Assembly (NCBI RefSeq): GCF_042660085.1
Contig: NZ_JBHSTI010000008.1
Location: 1,449,876-1,481,875, forward strand
Direction of reading: 5' to 3'
DNA length: 32,000 nucleotides
Origin: Longivirga aurantiaca
GTDB taxonomy: Bacteria; Actinomycetota; Actinomycetes; S36-B12; CAIYMF01
A program made the translations under genes and the position numbers. Of the stretch, positions 16,309 through 24,229 are shown piece by piece. A model generated the notes under the pieces. It saw only the letters and a program-made list of their open reading frames with translations. It searched no databases and was not told where the DNA came from. Every line of letters begins with the position of its first letter. Position 1 is the first letter of the stretch.

Positions 16309-17655
16309 GTGAGCAGCCGGCTGTCGACGTCGCAGAAGATCGGGTACGCCGCGGGCTCGGTGGGCACCGGCGGGTTCTCCACGGTGCCCGGGCTGCTGCT
16401 GCTCTACTACCTGACCGACGAGCTGGGTGTGGCTGCGGCCGCAGCCGGGCTCGTCGTGCTGCTGCCCAAGGCCTGGGACGTCGTCCTCAACCCGTTCGTC
16501 GGGAGCTGGAGCGACCGCACGACCTCCCGGTGGGGGGCCCGCGTGCCCTGGATGATGCGCGGAGCCGTGCTGCTGCCGCTGGCGTTCGCCGCGATGTTCT
16601 GGGCGCCGGGTGGGCTCGCGGACGCGGGTGCCGCCCTCTGGGTCGCCGGCTGCTTCCTCCTCGCTGCCACCGGCTTCGCCTTCTTCCAGGTGCCGTACAT
16701 CGCGCAGCCGGCGGAGCTGACGGACGACTACGCCGAGCGCACCTCGCTCATGACCTGGCGGATCGCCCTCCTCACCCTCGCGATCCTGGTCTTCGGCGCG
16801 GGGGCGCCCGGGCTGGTGAAGGCGGGCGGCGACGGGCTCGCGGGCTACCGCCTCATGGGCGTCGTCTGCGGCACGCTCTTCCTCATCGGGTTCGGCGTCG
16901 CGATCCTCGCCACCCGCAACCTGCCGACCGTCCTGCGGGCCGAGCCCTCGGGCGGCCTCGGCGAGCAGCTGCGGGCCGTGGCGGAGAACCGTGACTTCCG
17001 CGTGCTGTTCGCGGCCTTCGTGATCCAGGCGCTCGGCACCTCGACCGCTCTTGCGGGGGCGGCGTACGTGGCCGAGTACCTGCTGGGCGCGAAGGGCATG
17101 ACCACGGTCCTGTTCGTAGCCCTGGTGGCGCCGGCGATCCTGCTCGTCCCGGTCTGGCGGATCTTCGCGGCCCGGCGCGGCAAGCAGGCGGGCTTCCGGT
17201 GGGCGACCGTGCTGTTCCTCGTCGGTGCTGTCGTGATGGCCTTCGCCGGACGGGTGCCGACGTGGTTCCTGCTCGTCGGCGTGGCCGTGGCCGGCACGGG
17301 GTACGCCGGTCAGCAGCTGTTCCCCCTGGCCATGCTCCCGGACACGATCCAGGCCGACGCCCTGCGCACGGGACGGCTCCGGTCGGGCGTGTTCACCGGG
17401 GTGTGGACTGCGGGGGAGACGCTCGGGTTCGCGCTCGGCCCGTTCCTCTTCGCCATGGTGCTCGCGCTCGGCGGGTTCGTGGCGACGACCTCGGGCGTGA
17501 GCGTGGACCAGCCGCAGAGCGCCCTCACCGCGATCGCCCTGGGCTTCGGCGCGCTCCCGGCGCTGCTCATGCTCACCAGCCTGCCGGTGCTGCGGCGCTA
17601 CTCCCTGACCGAGGCGTCGCTCGCCGACCTCGCCGCGCAGCCGGGCGCACGCTGA
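16309..17655 (+). CDS. MFS transporter, glycoside-pentoside-hexuronide (GPH) symporter-like
   Basis: About 12 hydrophobic segments. The N-terminal LSTSQKIGYAAGSVGTGGF...LLLYYLTDELGV and DRTTSRWG(A)R loop are typical of the GPH/MelB-like family. Confidence 0.75.
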   Translation: MSSRLSTSQKIGYAAGSVGTGGFSTVPGLLLLYYLTDELGVAAAAAGLVVLLPKAWDVVLNPFVGSWSDRTTSRWGARVPWMMRGAVLLPLAFAAMFWAPGGLADAGAALWVAGCFLLAATGFAFFQVPYIAQPAELTDDYAERTSLMTWRIALLTLAILVFGAGAPGLVKAGGDGLAGYRLMGVVCGTLFLIGFGVAILATRNLPTVLRAEPSGGLGEQLRAVAENRDFRVLFAAFVIQALGTSTALAGAAYVAEYLLGAKGMTTVLFVALVAPAILLVPVWRIFAARRGKQAGFRWATVLFLVGAVVMAFAGRVPTWFLLVGVAVAGTGYAGQQLFPLAMLPDTIQADALRTGRLRSGVFTGVWTAGETLGFALGPFLFAMVLALGGFVATTSGVSVDQPQSALTAIALGFGALPALLMLTSLPVLRRYSLTEASLADLAAQPGAR

Positions 17656-17664
17656 CCCGGTCGG

Positions 17665-17738
17665 TGCCCCGAGTGGGATTCGAACCCACACTGGATGGTG
17701 TTTGAGACCACTGCCTCTGCCGGTTGGGCTATCGGGGC
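17665..17738 (-). tRNA. tRNA, 74 nt, hand-folded anticodon CAA (would read UUG/Leu) but with a class I (5-nt) variable loop
   Basis: Minus strand: GCCCCGA TA GCC CAACCGGCAGA GGC A GTGGT CTCAAAC ACCAT CCAGT GTGGG TTCGAAT CCCAC TCGGGGC A. It has a perfect 7-bp acceptor stem, GG in the D loop and a canonical T loop. CCA is not encoded (the next bases are CCG). Confidence 0.85.
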
Positions 17739-17789
17739 GACGGTCGCCCAGCGTACCGGGCGGGGCTGCGCCGTCCGGTTCCGTAGGGT

Positions 17790-18392
17790 GTGCCCGTGAC
17801 GTCGAACGAGACCCCGCTGCGCATCGTCGTGGCCGAGGACGAGGCACTGATCCGGCTCGACCTGGTGGAGATGCTCGGCGAGGAGGGCTACGAGGTCGTG
17901 GGGGAGGCAGGCGACGGCGAGACCGCCGTCCGCCTGGCCGAGGAGCTGCGGCCCGACGTCGTGATGCTCGACGTGAAGATGCCCGTCCTCGACGGAATCA
18001 GCGCAGCGGAGCGCATCGCGAGCCAGCGCATCGCCCCGGTGGTCATGCTGACGGCGTTCGCGCAGCGCGAGCTCGTCGAGCGGGCGCGGGACGCCGGGGC
18101 CATGGCGTACCTCGTGAAGCCCTTCACGCAGGGCGACCTGGTGCCGGCCATCGAGCTCGCGGTCAGCCGCTACGCCGAGATCGTGACCCTCGAGGCGGAG
18201 ATCGCCGACCTCGGGGAGCGGTTCGAGACGCGCAAGCGCGTGGAACGTGCGAAATCGTTGCTGCAACAGGCGTACAAGCTCTCCGAGTCGGACGCGTTCC
18301 GGTGGCTGCAGAAGTCCGCGATGGACCGGCGGCTCAGCATGCGCGAGGTCGCGGACGTCGTGATCCGCGAGGTGGGCGAGACCGGAACGTGA
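17790..18392 (+). CDS. pdtaR: PdtaR-like response regulator: receiver domain plus ANTAR RNA-binding domain
   Basis: Receiver: RIVVAEDEALIRLDL...PDVVMLDVKMPVLDG...AYLVKPF. ANTAR: RKRVERAKSLLQQAYKLSESDAFRWLQKSAMDRRLSMREVADVVI. An alternative GTG lies at 17796. Confidence 0.85.
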   Translation: MPVTSNETPLRIVVAEDEALIRLDLVEMLGEEGYEVVGEAGDGETAVRLAEELRPDVVMLDVKMPVLDGISAAERIASQRIAPVVMLTAFAQRELVERARDAGAMAYLVKPFTQGDLVPAIELAVSRYAEIVTLEAEIADLGERFETRKRVERAKSLLQQAYKLSESDAFRWLQKSAMDRRLSMREVADVVIREVGETGT

Positions 18393-18550
18393 GTGATGGG
18401 CCCCGATTCGGTCCGTTAGGTCACGAATGAGCAACGAGGCAGCGACGGACGCGTCCCAGGTCATGCGCGCGTAACAGCCCTCGACTACGTTTCCCCCACC
18501 CCCACACCCGTGCGGTCACGCCCGGGTGCCATGGAAGAAGGAGACACTTC

Positions 18551-19837
18551 ATGACCCGACCCACCCTGGTGCGGTCGCTCGCGGTCGCAGGCGCCTCGGC
18601 GCTCCTGCTCGCCGCCTGTGGCAGCAGCGGCGGCGGCGACACCTCGTCGAGCGCGCCGGCCCCGAGCGAGAGCTCGACCCTGCCCGCGGGCGACGGCACG
18701 CTGACCGTTGGCACCGTGCTCCCGCAGACTGGTTCGCTCGCCTTCCTCGGCCCGCCCGAGTTCGCTGGTGTCGACCTGGCCCTCAAGGAGATCAACGACG
18801 CGGGCGGCGTTCTCGGCAAGCCCGTCGTCAAGATCGAGGGTGACTCGGGCGACACGTCGACCAACATCGCGTCGGCGACCGTCGACTCGGGCCTCGCCAA
18901 GGGCGTCGATGCCTTCATCGGTGCGGCGTCGTCCTCGGTGTCGCTCACGATCATCGACAAGATCACCTCGGCCGGCGCCCTGCAGATGTCGCCCGCCAAC
19001 ACCTCGATCGCGCTGACGACCTACGCGGACAAGGGCCTCTACTGGCGCACCGCGCCGCCGGACACGTTCCAGGGCGCAGTCCTCGGCCAGCTCGTCTCCG
19101 GCGACGGCTACAAGACCGCCGCCGTCCTGGCGCTGCAGGACGCGTACGGCGAGGGTCTCGCGAAGACCTTCACCGACGCGTTCGAGAGCGCCGGCAACAC
19201 GATCGCCTTCAGCAAGATCTACGACCCGAAGGCGGCCGACTACGCAGCCGAGGTGACCGCGGTCAAGGCCGCCAAGCCCGAGGCCCTGGTCGTCATCGGC
19301 TTCGACGAGACCAAGAAGATCCTGCAGGAGCTCATCAAGCAGGGCATCGGCCCGGACAAGCTGCCGCTGTACCTCTGCGACGGCAACATGGGTAACGCTC
19401 TCGCCGAGGGTCTCCCGGCCGGCACGCTGAACGGCGCCAAGGGCACGATCCCGGGCTCGAAGGCCTCGGACGAGTTCCAGGCTGCGCTCAAGTCGATCAA
19501 CCCCGACCTGATCGACTTCTCGTACGCCCCCGAGAGCTACGACGCGCTGAACCTCATCGCGCTCGCGGCCCAGGCTGCCGGGAACGACACCGGCGTCGGC
19601 ATCGCCTCGCAGCTGCAGGCGGTCTCGGCCGGTGGCGAGAAGTGCACCAACTTCGGCGACTGCAAGAAGCTGCTCGACGAGGGCAAGGACATCGACTACG
19701 AAGGCCAGTCGGGTCCCTGCGACTTCGACGCCAACGGTGACCCGACCAAGGCCACCATGGGTATCTACCAGTTCGGTGCCGACGACAAGATCTCGGCTCT
19801 GGACTTCATCCCCGGCGACGTCCCCCCGTCGAGCTGA
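18551..19837 (+). CDS. livK: Branched-chain amino-acid ABC transporter substrate-binding lipoprotein (LivK/LivJ family)
   Basis: Lipobox ASALLLAAC|GSSGG. Type I periplasmic-binding-fold motifs LPQTGSLAFLGPPEFAGVDLALKEINDAGGVLGKPV and IGAASSSVS. RBS gaaggag. Confidence 0.85.
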   Translation: MTRPTLVRSLAVAGASALLLAACGSSGGGDTSSSAPAPSESSTLPAGDGTLTVGTVLPQTGSLAFLGPPEFAGVDLALKEINDAGGVLGKPVVKIEGDSGDTSTNIASATVDSGLAKGVDAFIGAASSSVSLTIIDKITSAGALQMSPANTSIALTTYADKGLYWRTAPPDTFQGAVLGQLVSGDGYKTAAVLALQDAYGEGLAKTFTDAFESAGNTIAFSKIYDPKAADYAAEVTAVKAAKPEALVVIGFDETKKILQELIKQGIGPDKLPLYLCDGNMGNALAEGLPAGTLNGAKGTIPGSKASDEFQAALKSINPDLIDFSYAPESYDALNLIALAAQAAGNDTGVGIASQLQAVSAGGEKCTNFGDCKKLLDEGKDIDYEGQSGPCDFDANGDPTKATMGIYQFGADDKISALDFIPGDVPPSS

Positions 19838-19856
19838 CGCTCGTACGCTGAACGAC

Positions 19857-19893
19857 CCCACGGCCCCCGGAGCGACGCTCCGGGGGCCGTGGG
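19857..19893. terminator. Perfect 17-bp hairpin between convergent livK and livF
   Basis: cccacggcccccggagc - gac - gctccgggggccgtggg. Confidence 0.7.
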
Positions 19894-19960
19894 CTGTCCG
19901 GCCCCCGGAGGCGAGCGCCCCAGGACCGCCGCAGATCGGCCGGCGGAGTCCTGACGCGCA

Positions 19961-19990
19961 GGAGCCCCGGACCATGCGGTCCGGGGCTCC
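19961..19990. terminator. Perfect 13-bp hairpin just downstream of livF (minus strand)
   Basis: ggagccccggacc - atgc - ggtccggggctcc, 20 nt from the livF stop. Confidence 0.7.
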
Positions 19991-20009
19991 TGCGGCGTTC
20001 TCGGGGCTG

Positions 20010-20855
20010 CTAGGCCTTGGCCAGCGTGCCGAGGTAGAGCTGGATGACCTTGGGGTCGGTCGCGAGGTCGCGGCCGGTGCCGGTGTAGGCGTTGCGGCCC
20101 TGGTCGAGCACGTACCCGCGGTCGCAGATCTGCAGGCACCGACGGGCGTTCTGCTCGACCATGATCACGGTGACGCCGGTCTTGTTGATCTCCCTGACCC
20201 GGACGAAGACCTCGTCGGTGAGGGCGGGGGAGAGGCCGGCCGACGGCTCGTCCAGGAGCAGGACGGACGGGTTCATCATGAGCGCCCGGCCCATCGCGAC
20301 CATCTGGCGCTCACCGCCGGACAGCGAGCCCGCACGCTGCTTGCGCCGGTCGCCCAGGGTGGGGAAGAGGTTCGTGACGAAGTCGAACCGCTCGGTGAAG
20401 TTCGTGGGCGCCTGGTAGGCCCCCATCTGGAGGTTCTCCTCGATCGTGAGCGAGGGGAACACGTTGTTCGACTGCGGGACGAAACCGATGCCGCGCTTGA
20501 CCAGCTGGTCGGCGCGCATGTTGGTGATCTCCTCGCCGCGCAGCGTCACAGCGCCCTCGCGGATCCGTACCAGGCCGAACAGGGCCTTGAGCAGGGTCGA
20601 CTTGCCGGCCCCGTTCGGGCCGATGATGCCGACCAGCTCGCCCTCGTGGGCGTACAGGTCGGCGCCGTTGAGGATGTTCACGCCCGGCAGGTAGCCGGCG
20701 ATGACGTCGTCCACGCGGACCAGGGCGCCCTCGGCCTCGGCCACGTGCGCCGTGCGGTCGATCGGCTGCGAGGGGTGCCCGTGGCCGTGGTGCTGCTCGG
20801 CGTCGATGTGCAGCTCGCGCTGGAACTCGCCCGGGTTGTCGGGGGTGACGCTCAT
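20010..20855 (-). CDS. livF: Branched-chain amino-acid ABC transporter ATP-binding protein (LivF-like) with a His-rich N-terminal extension
   Basis: Walker A GPNGAGKST, signature LSGGERQM, Walker B LLLLDEPS. The start overlaps the livG stop (ATGA). Confidence 0.9.
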   Translation of the reverse strand: MSVTPDNPGEFQRELHIDAEQHHGHGHPSQPIDRTAHVAEAEGALVRVDDVIAGYLPGVNILNGADLYAHEGELVGIIGPNGAGKSTLLKALFGLVRIREGAVTLRGEEITNMRADQLVKRGIGFVPQSNNVFPSLTIEENLQMGAYQAPTNFTERFDFVTNLFPTLGDRRKQRAGSLSGGERQMVAMGRALMMNPSVLLLDEPSAGLSPALTDEVFVRVREINKTGVTVIMVEQNARRCLQICDRGYVLDQGRNAYTGTGRDLATDPKVIQLYLGTLAKA

Positions 20856-21775
20856 GCCTGATCCTCCGTCCCGCCCGAGGCGGGCGCCTCCGAGGTGAAC
20901 GCCTCGCCGCTGTCGGTGAGCGCCTGGTCGTGGTGCGCGCCGAGGTAGGCGTCGATGACCGCCGGGTCGGACATGACGGTGTCCGGCGGGCCCTCGGCGA
21001 TGACCTGGCCCTGGCCCATGACGATGACCCAGTCGCTGATGTCGCGGACCATGTCCATGTCGTGCTCCACGAACAGCACGGTCATGCCCTGCTCGCGCAG
21101 GTCCTTGATGTGGCCGAGCAGCGACTGCGTCAGCGCCGGGTTCACGCCCGCCATCGGCTCGTCGAGCATGACCATCTCGGGGCCGACCATGAGGGCGCGC
21201 GCCATCTCGAGCAGCTTGCGCTGGCCGCCGGACATCTCGCCGGCGAAGTCCTCACGCTTGGCGTCGAGCTTGAACCGGGCGAGGAGCTCGTCGGCACGCT
21301 CGGTGTTCTTCTTCTCCTGGGCGGACCAGAGGAACGGGAACAGCGCCCGGAAGAAGCTCTCGCCCTTCTGACCGGTGGCACCGAGACGCATGTTCTCGAT
21401 GACCGTGAGCTTGGAGAGGGCCTTGGTCAGCTGGAACGTGCGGACCATGCCCATGCGGGCGACCTTGTGCGGCGGCACGCCCTTCAGGCTCGTGCCGTTG
21501 AACGACCACTCGCCCTCGTTCGGCTGGTCGAACCCGGTGAGCAGGTTGAAGAACGTCGTCTTGCCGGCGCCGTTCGGGCCGATGAGGGCCGTGATGGCGC
21601 CGCGCTGGATCTCGACGTGCTCGACGTTGACGGCGGTCAGGCCGCCGAAGCGCCGCGTGATGCCGTCGACCACGACGATGGCGTCGGGCTTCGGGGAGCC
21701 TGGACGGTTCTCGGCGCCGGCGAGCGCGGCGACCGCCGCCTCCTTGCGGCTTCCGTAGGTGGTGTCAGCGGGCAT
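20852..21775 (-). CDS. livG: Branched-chain amino-acid ABC transporter ATP-binding protein (LivG-like)
   Basis: Walker A GPNGAGKTT, signature MSGGQRKLLEMARAL, Walker B VMLDEPMAG, and the LivG-type C-terminus VIDAYLG. Confidence 0.9.
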   Translation of the reverse strand: MPADTTYGSRKEAAVAALAGAENRPGSPKPDAIVVVDGITRRFGGLTAVNVEHVEIQRGAITALIGPNGAGKTTFFNLLTGFDQPNEGEWSFNGTSLKGVPPHKVARMGMVRTFQLTKALSKLTVIENMRLGATGQKGESFFRALFPFLWSAQEKKNTERADELLARFKLDAKREDFAGEMSGGQRKLLEMARALMVGPEMVMLDEPMAGVNPALTQSLLGHIKDLREQGMTVLFVEHDMDMVRDISDWVIVMGQGQVIAEGPPDTVMSDPAVIDAYLGAHHDQALTDSGEAFTSEAPASGGTEDQA

Positions 21776-22748
21776 CGAGCGCCAGCTCCTTCCGGTCGCC
21801 GAAGATTCCCTGTGGTCGGAAGATCATGAGCATCATCAGGCCGAGACCGACGAGCATGAAGCGGATCTGGCCCACCTGGGTCGTGGTGATGAACGTGATG
21901 ACGCCCTTGGACACGGCCTCGTTGAGCGACTCGCCCACGAACACCAGCAGACCCCAGAAGATCATCGCGCCGACGATGGGCCCGAAGACGCGGGCCGCAC
22001 CACCGAGGATCAGGATCGTGTAGGCGTAGAACGTGAAGTCGGTCGAGAAGCTGTCCGGCTGCACGGACTGGAAGGCGATCGCCGAGACGAATCCGCCGAG
22101 CGAGCCGATGACGCCACCGAGGATGAGCGCCTGCATCTTGTAGCTGTAGACGTTCTTGCCGAGCGAGCGCACGGCGTCCTCGTCCTCGCGGATGCCCTTG
22201 AGCACGCGGCCCCAGGGGGAGCGCATGAGAGACCAGATGGCGAGCGACGACAGAGCGACGAGCATCCAGCCGACGGTGACGACCCAGATGTCGTTCTTGC
22301 TGAAGGTGATCGGGCCGAACGCCACCGGACCGGGGAACGGGTTGAGGTCGTAGAAGCTGTCCGCGAACCGGGTGATGCCGTCCGAGCCGCCGAACCACTC
22401 GCGCAACGTCACCGAGCGCACGAGCAGGCGGATGATCTCCGCTGCCGCGATGGTGACGATCGCGAGGTAGTCGGCCCGTAGCCGCAGTGTCGGTATGCCG
22501 AGGAGCAGCGCGAGGATCACCGACGCGATGAGGCCGACGACCAGGCCGACCCAGAGGCTCCACCCCATGTTCGCGACGCTGACCGCGAGGCCGTACGCCG
22601 CGACCGCGAGGAAGCCCGCCTGGCCGAAGTTCAGGAGACCTGTGTAGCCGAAGTGCACGTTGAGACCGACCGCTGCGAGGCAGTAGATGACGGCGGAGAC
22701 GCCGATCGCCTGCGTCAGGGTCTGGCTGAAGATCGAGTTCCAGTCCAT
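21765..22748 (-). CDS. livM: Branched-chain amino-acid ABC transporter permease (LivM-like)
   Basis: Polytopic protein with GYTGLLNFGQAGFLAVAAY and GIPTLRLRADYLAIVT motifs. The start is taken at ATG 22748 with RBS gggag, 10 nt after the livH stop. Confidence 0.85.
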   Translation of the reverse strand: MDWNSIFSQTLTQAIGVSAVIYCLAAVGLNVHFGYTGLLNFGQAGFLAVAAYGLAVSVANMGWSLWVGLVVGLIASVILALLLGIPTLRLRADYLAIVTIAAAEIIRLLVRSVTLREWFGGSDGITRFADSFYDLNPFPGPVAFGPITFSKNDIWVVTVGWMLVALSSLAIWSLMRSPWGRVLKGIREDEDAVRSLGKNVYSYKMQALILGGVIGSLGGFVSAIAFQSVQPDSFSTDFTFYAYTILILGGAARVFGPIVGAMIFWGLLVFVGESLNEAVSKGVITFITTTQVGQIRFMLVGLGLMMLMIFRPQGIFGDRKELALDAR

Positions 22749-22758
22749 GACGACTCCC

Positions 22759-24027
22759 TCACCCGATCCGCTCGCGTCGCCCGAGCAGGCCCTGGGGCCG
22801 CACGAGCAGGATGACAATCAGGATGACCAGCGCGCCCACGCTCTTCAGCTCCGGCGGGATGATCAGCGTCGAGAGCTGGATGAGCAGGCCGACGATGATC
22901 GAGCCGAGCAGCGCGCCGAACGCGGTACCGAGCCCGCCGACCGTGACGGCCGCGAAGATGAGCAGCAGGATCTGCTGGCCCATGTTCCACGAGACGCCCG
23001 AGGTCAGGCCGACGAGGATGCCCGCGAGCGCCGCGAGGGTGGCGCCGAGGATCCACACCGTGTTGATCACGCGCTCGACGTCGATGCCGGACGCCGACGC
23101 GAGGGCCGGGTTGTCCGAGACCGCGCGGCTCGCCTTGCCCATGCGGGTCCGCAGCAGCCAGTGGATCGTCGCGAGGATCGCGATGATCGCCGCGAGCGCG
23201 CCGATGATCGCCTTCGGCGTGATCGACAGCGGGCCGAGCTGATAGCCCGCCTGGGCGCTGTACTCCGGGAACTGCTGGGTGCCTCCGCCGAAGAAGAACA
23301 GGAAGAGGTAGCGGACGAAGATCGCGAGGCCGATCGACACGACCAGCATGGCGATGAGCCCTGTGCCGCGTCGGCGCAGCTGCTTCCACAGGATCTTGTC
23401 CTGCAGGGCGCCGAGGACGGCGCACGTGATGAGCGCGAGCAGGGCGGAGAGGATGAACGGGATGCTGAGGACGGCCGAGTAGAAGTACGCCGCCAGCGCC
23501 CCGACCGTGACCATCTCGCCGTGGGCGAAGTTGGTGAGGCCGGTGGTGCCGTAGATCAGCGACAGGCCGACCGCGGCGAGGGCCAGGATCAGGCCCAGCA
23601 GGAGGCCGTCGACCGTGAGCTGCACGGCCTGCACGGCCTTGGAGGTGGTCTCCACCGTCGACTCACCGGTGGGGAACTGGATCCGCACCTTGCCGAGGAA
23701 GGCGTTCACCGTGCGGGTGTTGCCCGAGTCCGCCGTCAGCGCCACGCCGTCGGGGAGCGTCGCCTCGTCGAGCACGACGGTGTAGGTGCCCGACTTGGGG
23801 GTCTTGATCTCCCAGGCCCCGGCGGCGTCGGTGGTGGCCGTGCCCGAGAAGCCGGAGTCGTTGGTGGCGCTGATCTTCACGCCGGCGACACCCTTGTCGT
23901 TCGAGGTCACCGTGCCGAACAGCACGGGCCCGGACGTCGCGGCCGAGGCCGGTCCGGCCCCCCACCCCAGCATCAGGGTCACCGCAGCGAGCAGGGCGGC
24001 CAGCACAGCCGCAGCGCGTGCGCGCAC
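22759..24027 (-). CDS. livH: Branched-chain amino-acid ABC transporter permease (LivH-like) with an N-terminal signal peptide and an extracytoplasmic extension of about 100 aa
   Basis: The core has LSLIYGTTGLTNFAHGEM and GKASRAVSDNPALASASGI. The GTG at 24027 is preceded by aaggagg with a 5-nt spacer. The N-terminus is VRARAAAVLAALLAAVTLMLGWGAGPASA|ATSG, followed by GTVTSNDKGVAGVKISATNDSGFSGTATTDAAGAWEIKTPKSGTYTVVL. Confidence 0.85.
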   Translation of the reverse strand: MRARAAAVLAALLAAVTLMLGWGAGPASAATSGPVLFGTVTSNDKGVAGVKISATNDSGFSGTATTDAAGAWEIKTPKSGTYTVVLDEATLPDGVALTADSGNTRTVNAFLGKVRIQFPTGESTVETTSKAVQAVQLTVDGLLLGLILALAAVGLSLIYGTTGLTNFAHGEMVTVGALAAYFYSAVLSIPFILSALLALITCAVLGALQDKILWKQLRRRGTGLIAMLVVSIGLAIFVRYLFLFFFGGGTQQFPEYSAQAGYQLGPLSITPKAIIGALAAIIAILATIHWLLRTRMGKASRAVSDNPALASASGIDVERVINTVWILGATLAALAGILVGLTSGVSWNMGQQILLLIFAAVTVGGLGTAFGALLGSIIVGLLIQLSTLIIPPELKSVGALVILIVILLVRPQGLLGRRERIG

Positions 24028-24229
24028 TCGGTCCTCCTTCGAGCGGGAGGGCCGAGGCCCTCTCCGTGCCCGGGGGTATCCCGGGCAGCAGTGCCGTCCA
24101 GCGGACGGTCGCGCCGGAGCATAGCCATGTAAACGGCGTTGCGGGGCCCCCCTCGGCGGACCGTGTCGGCATCGTGCGCACATCGCGACCTTGCGAGCGG
24201 GGAGCCGTCACGTCGCGGACACGCGTCGG

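Noticed and set aside
17665-17738. A plus-strand reading of the tRNA region, whose anticodon-like loop GUUUGAG would give UUG (Gln).
   Set aside because: On the plus strand there is no canonical T loop, the would-be T arm is the complement of the D arm, and the anticodon stem gains an A-C mismatch. Only the minus strand folds as a proper cloverleaf.
17600-18500. The tRNA as an integration site for a genomic island or prophage.
   Set aside because: No integrase, excisionase or phage-like gene flanks it. I did not see a direct repeat of the tRNA 3' end nearby, and the neighbouring genes are ordinary chromosomal functions.
18393-18550. An ANTAR dual-hairpin target in the livK leader.
   Set aside because: Searching by eye I found only 2-3 bp stems around A..G..-type hexaloops (for example gc-aacgag-gc). 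That is not convincing, so this remains a hypothesis needing a covariance-model scan.
19861-19910. The direct repeat cggcccccggag (19861-19872 and 19899-19910) between livK and livF as a possible dispersed REP element.
   Set aside because: One copy is simply an arm of the terminator hairpin. With only this window I cannot show dispersion, and it is most simply explained as GC-rich terminator sequence.
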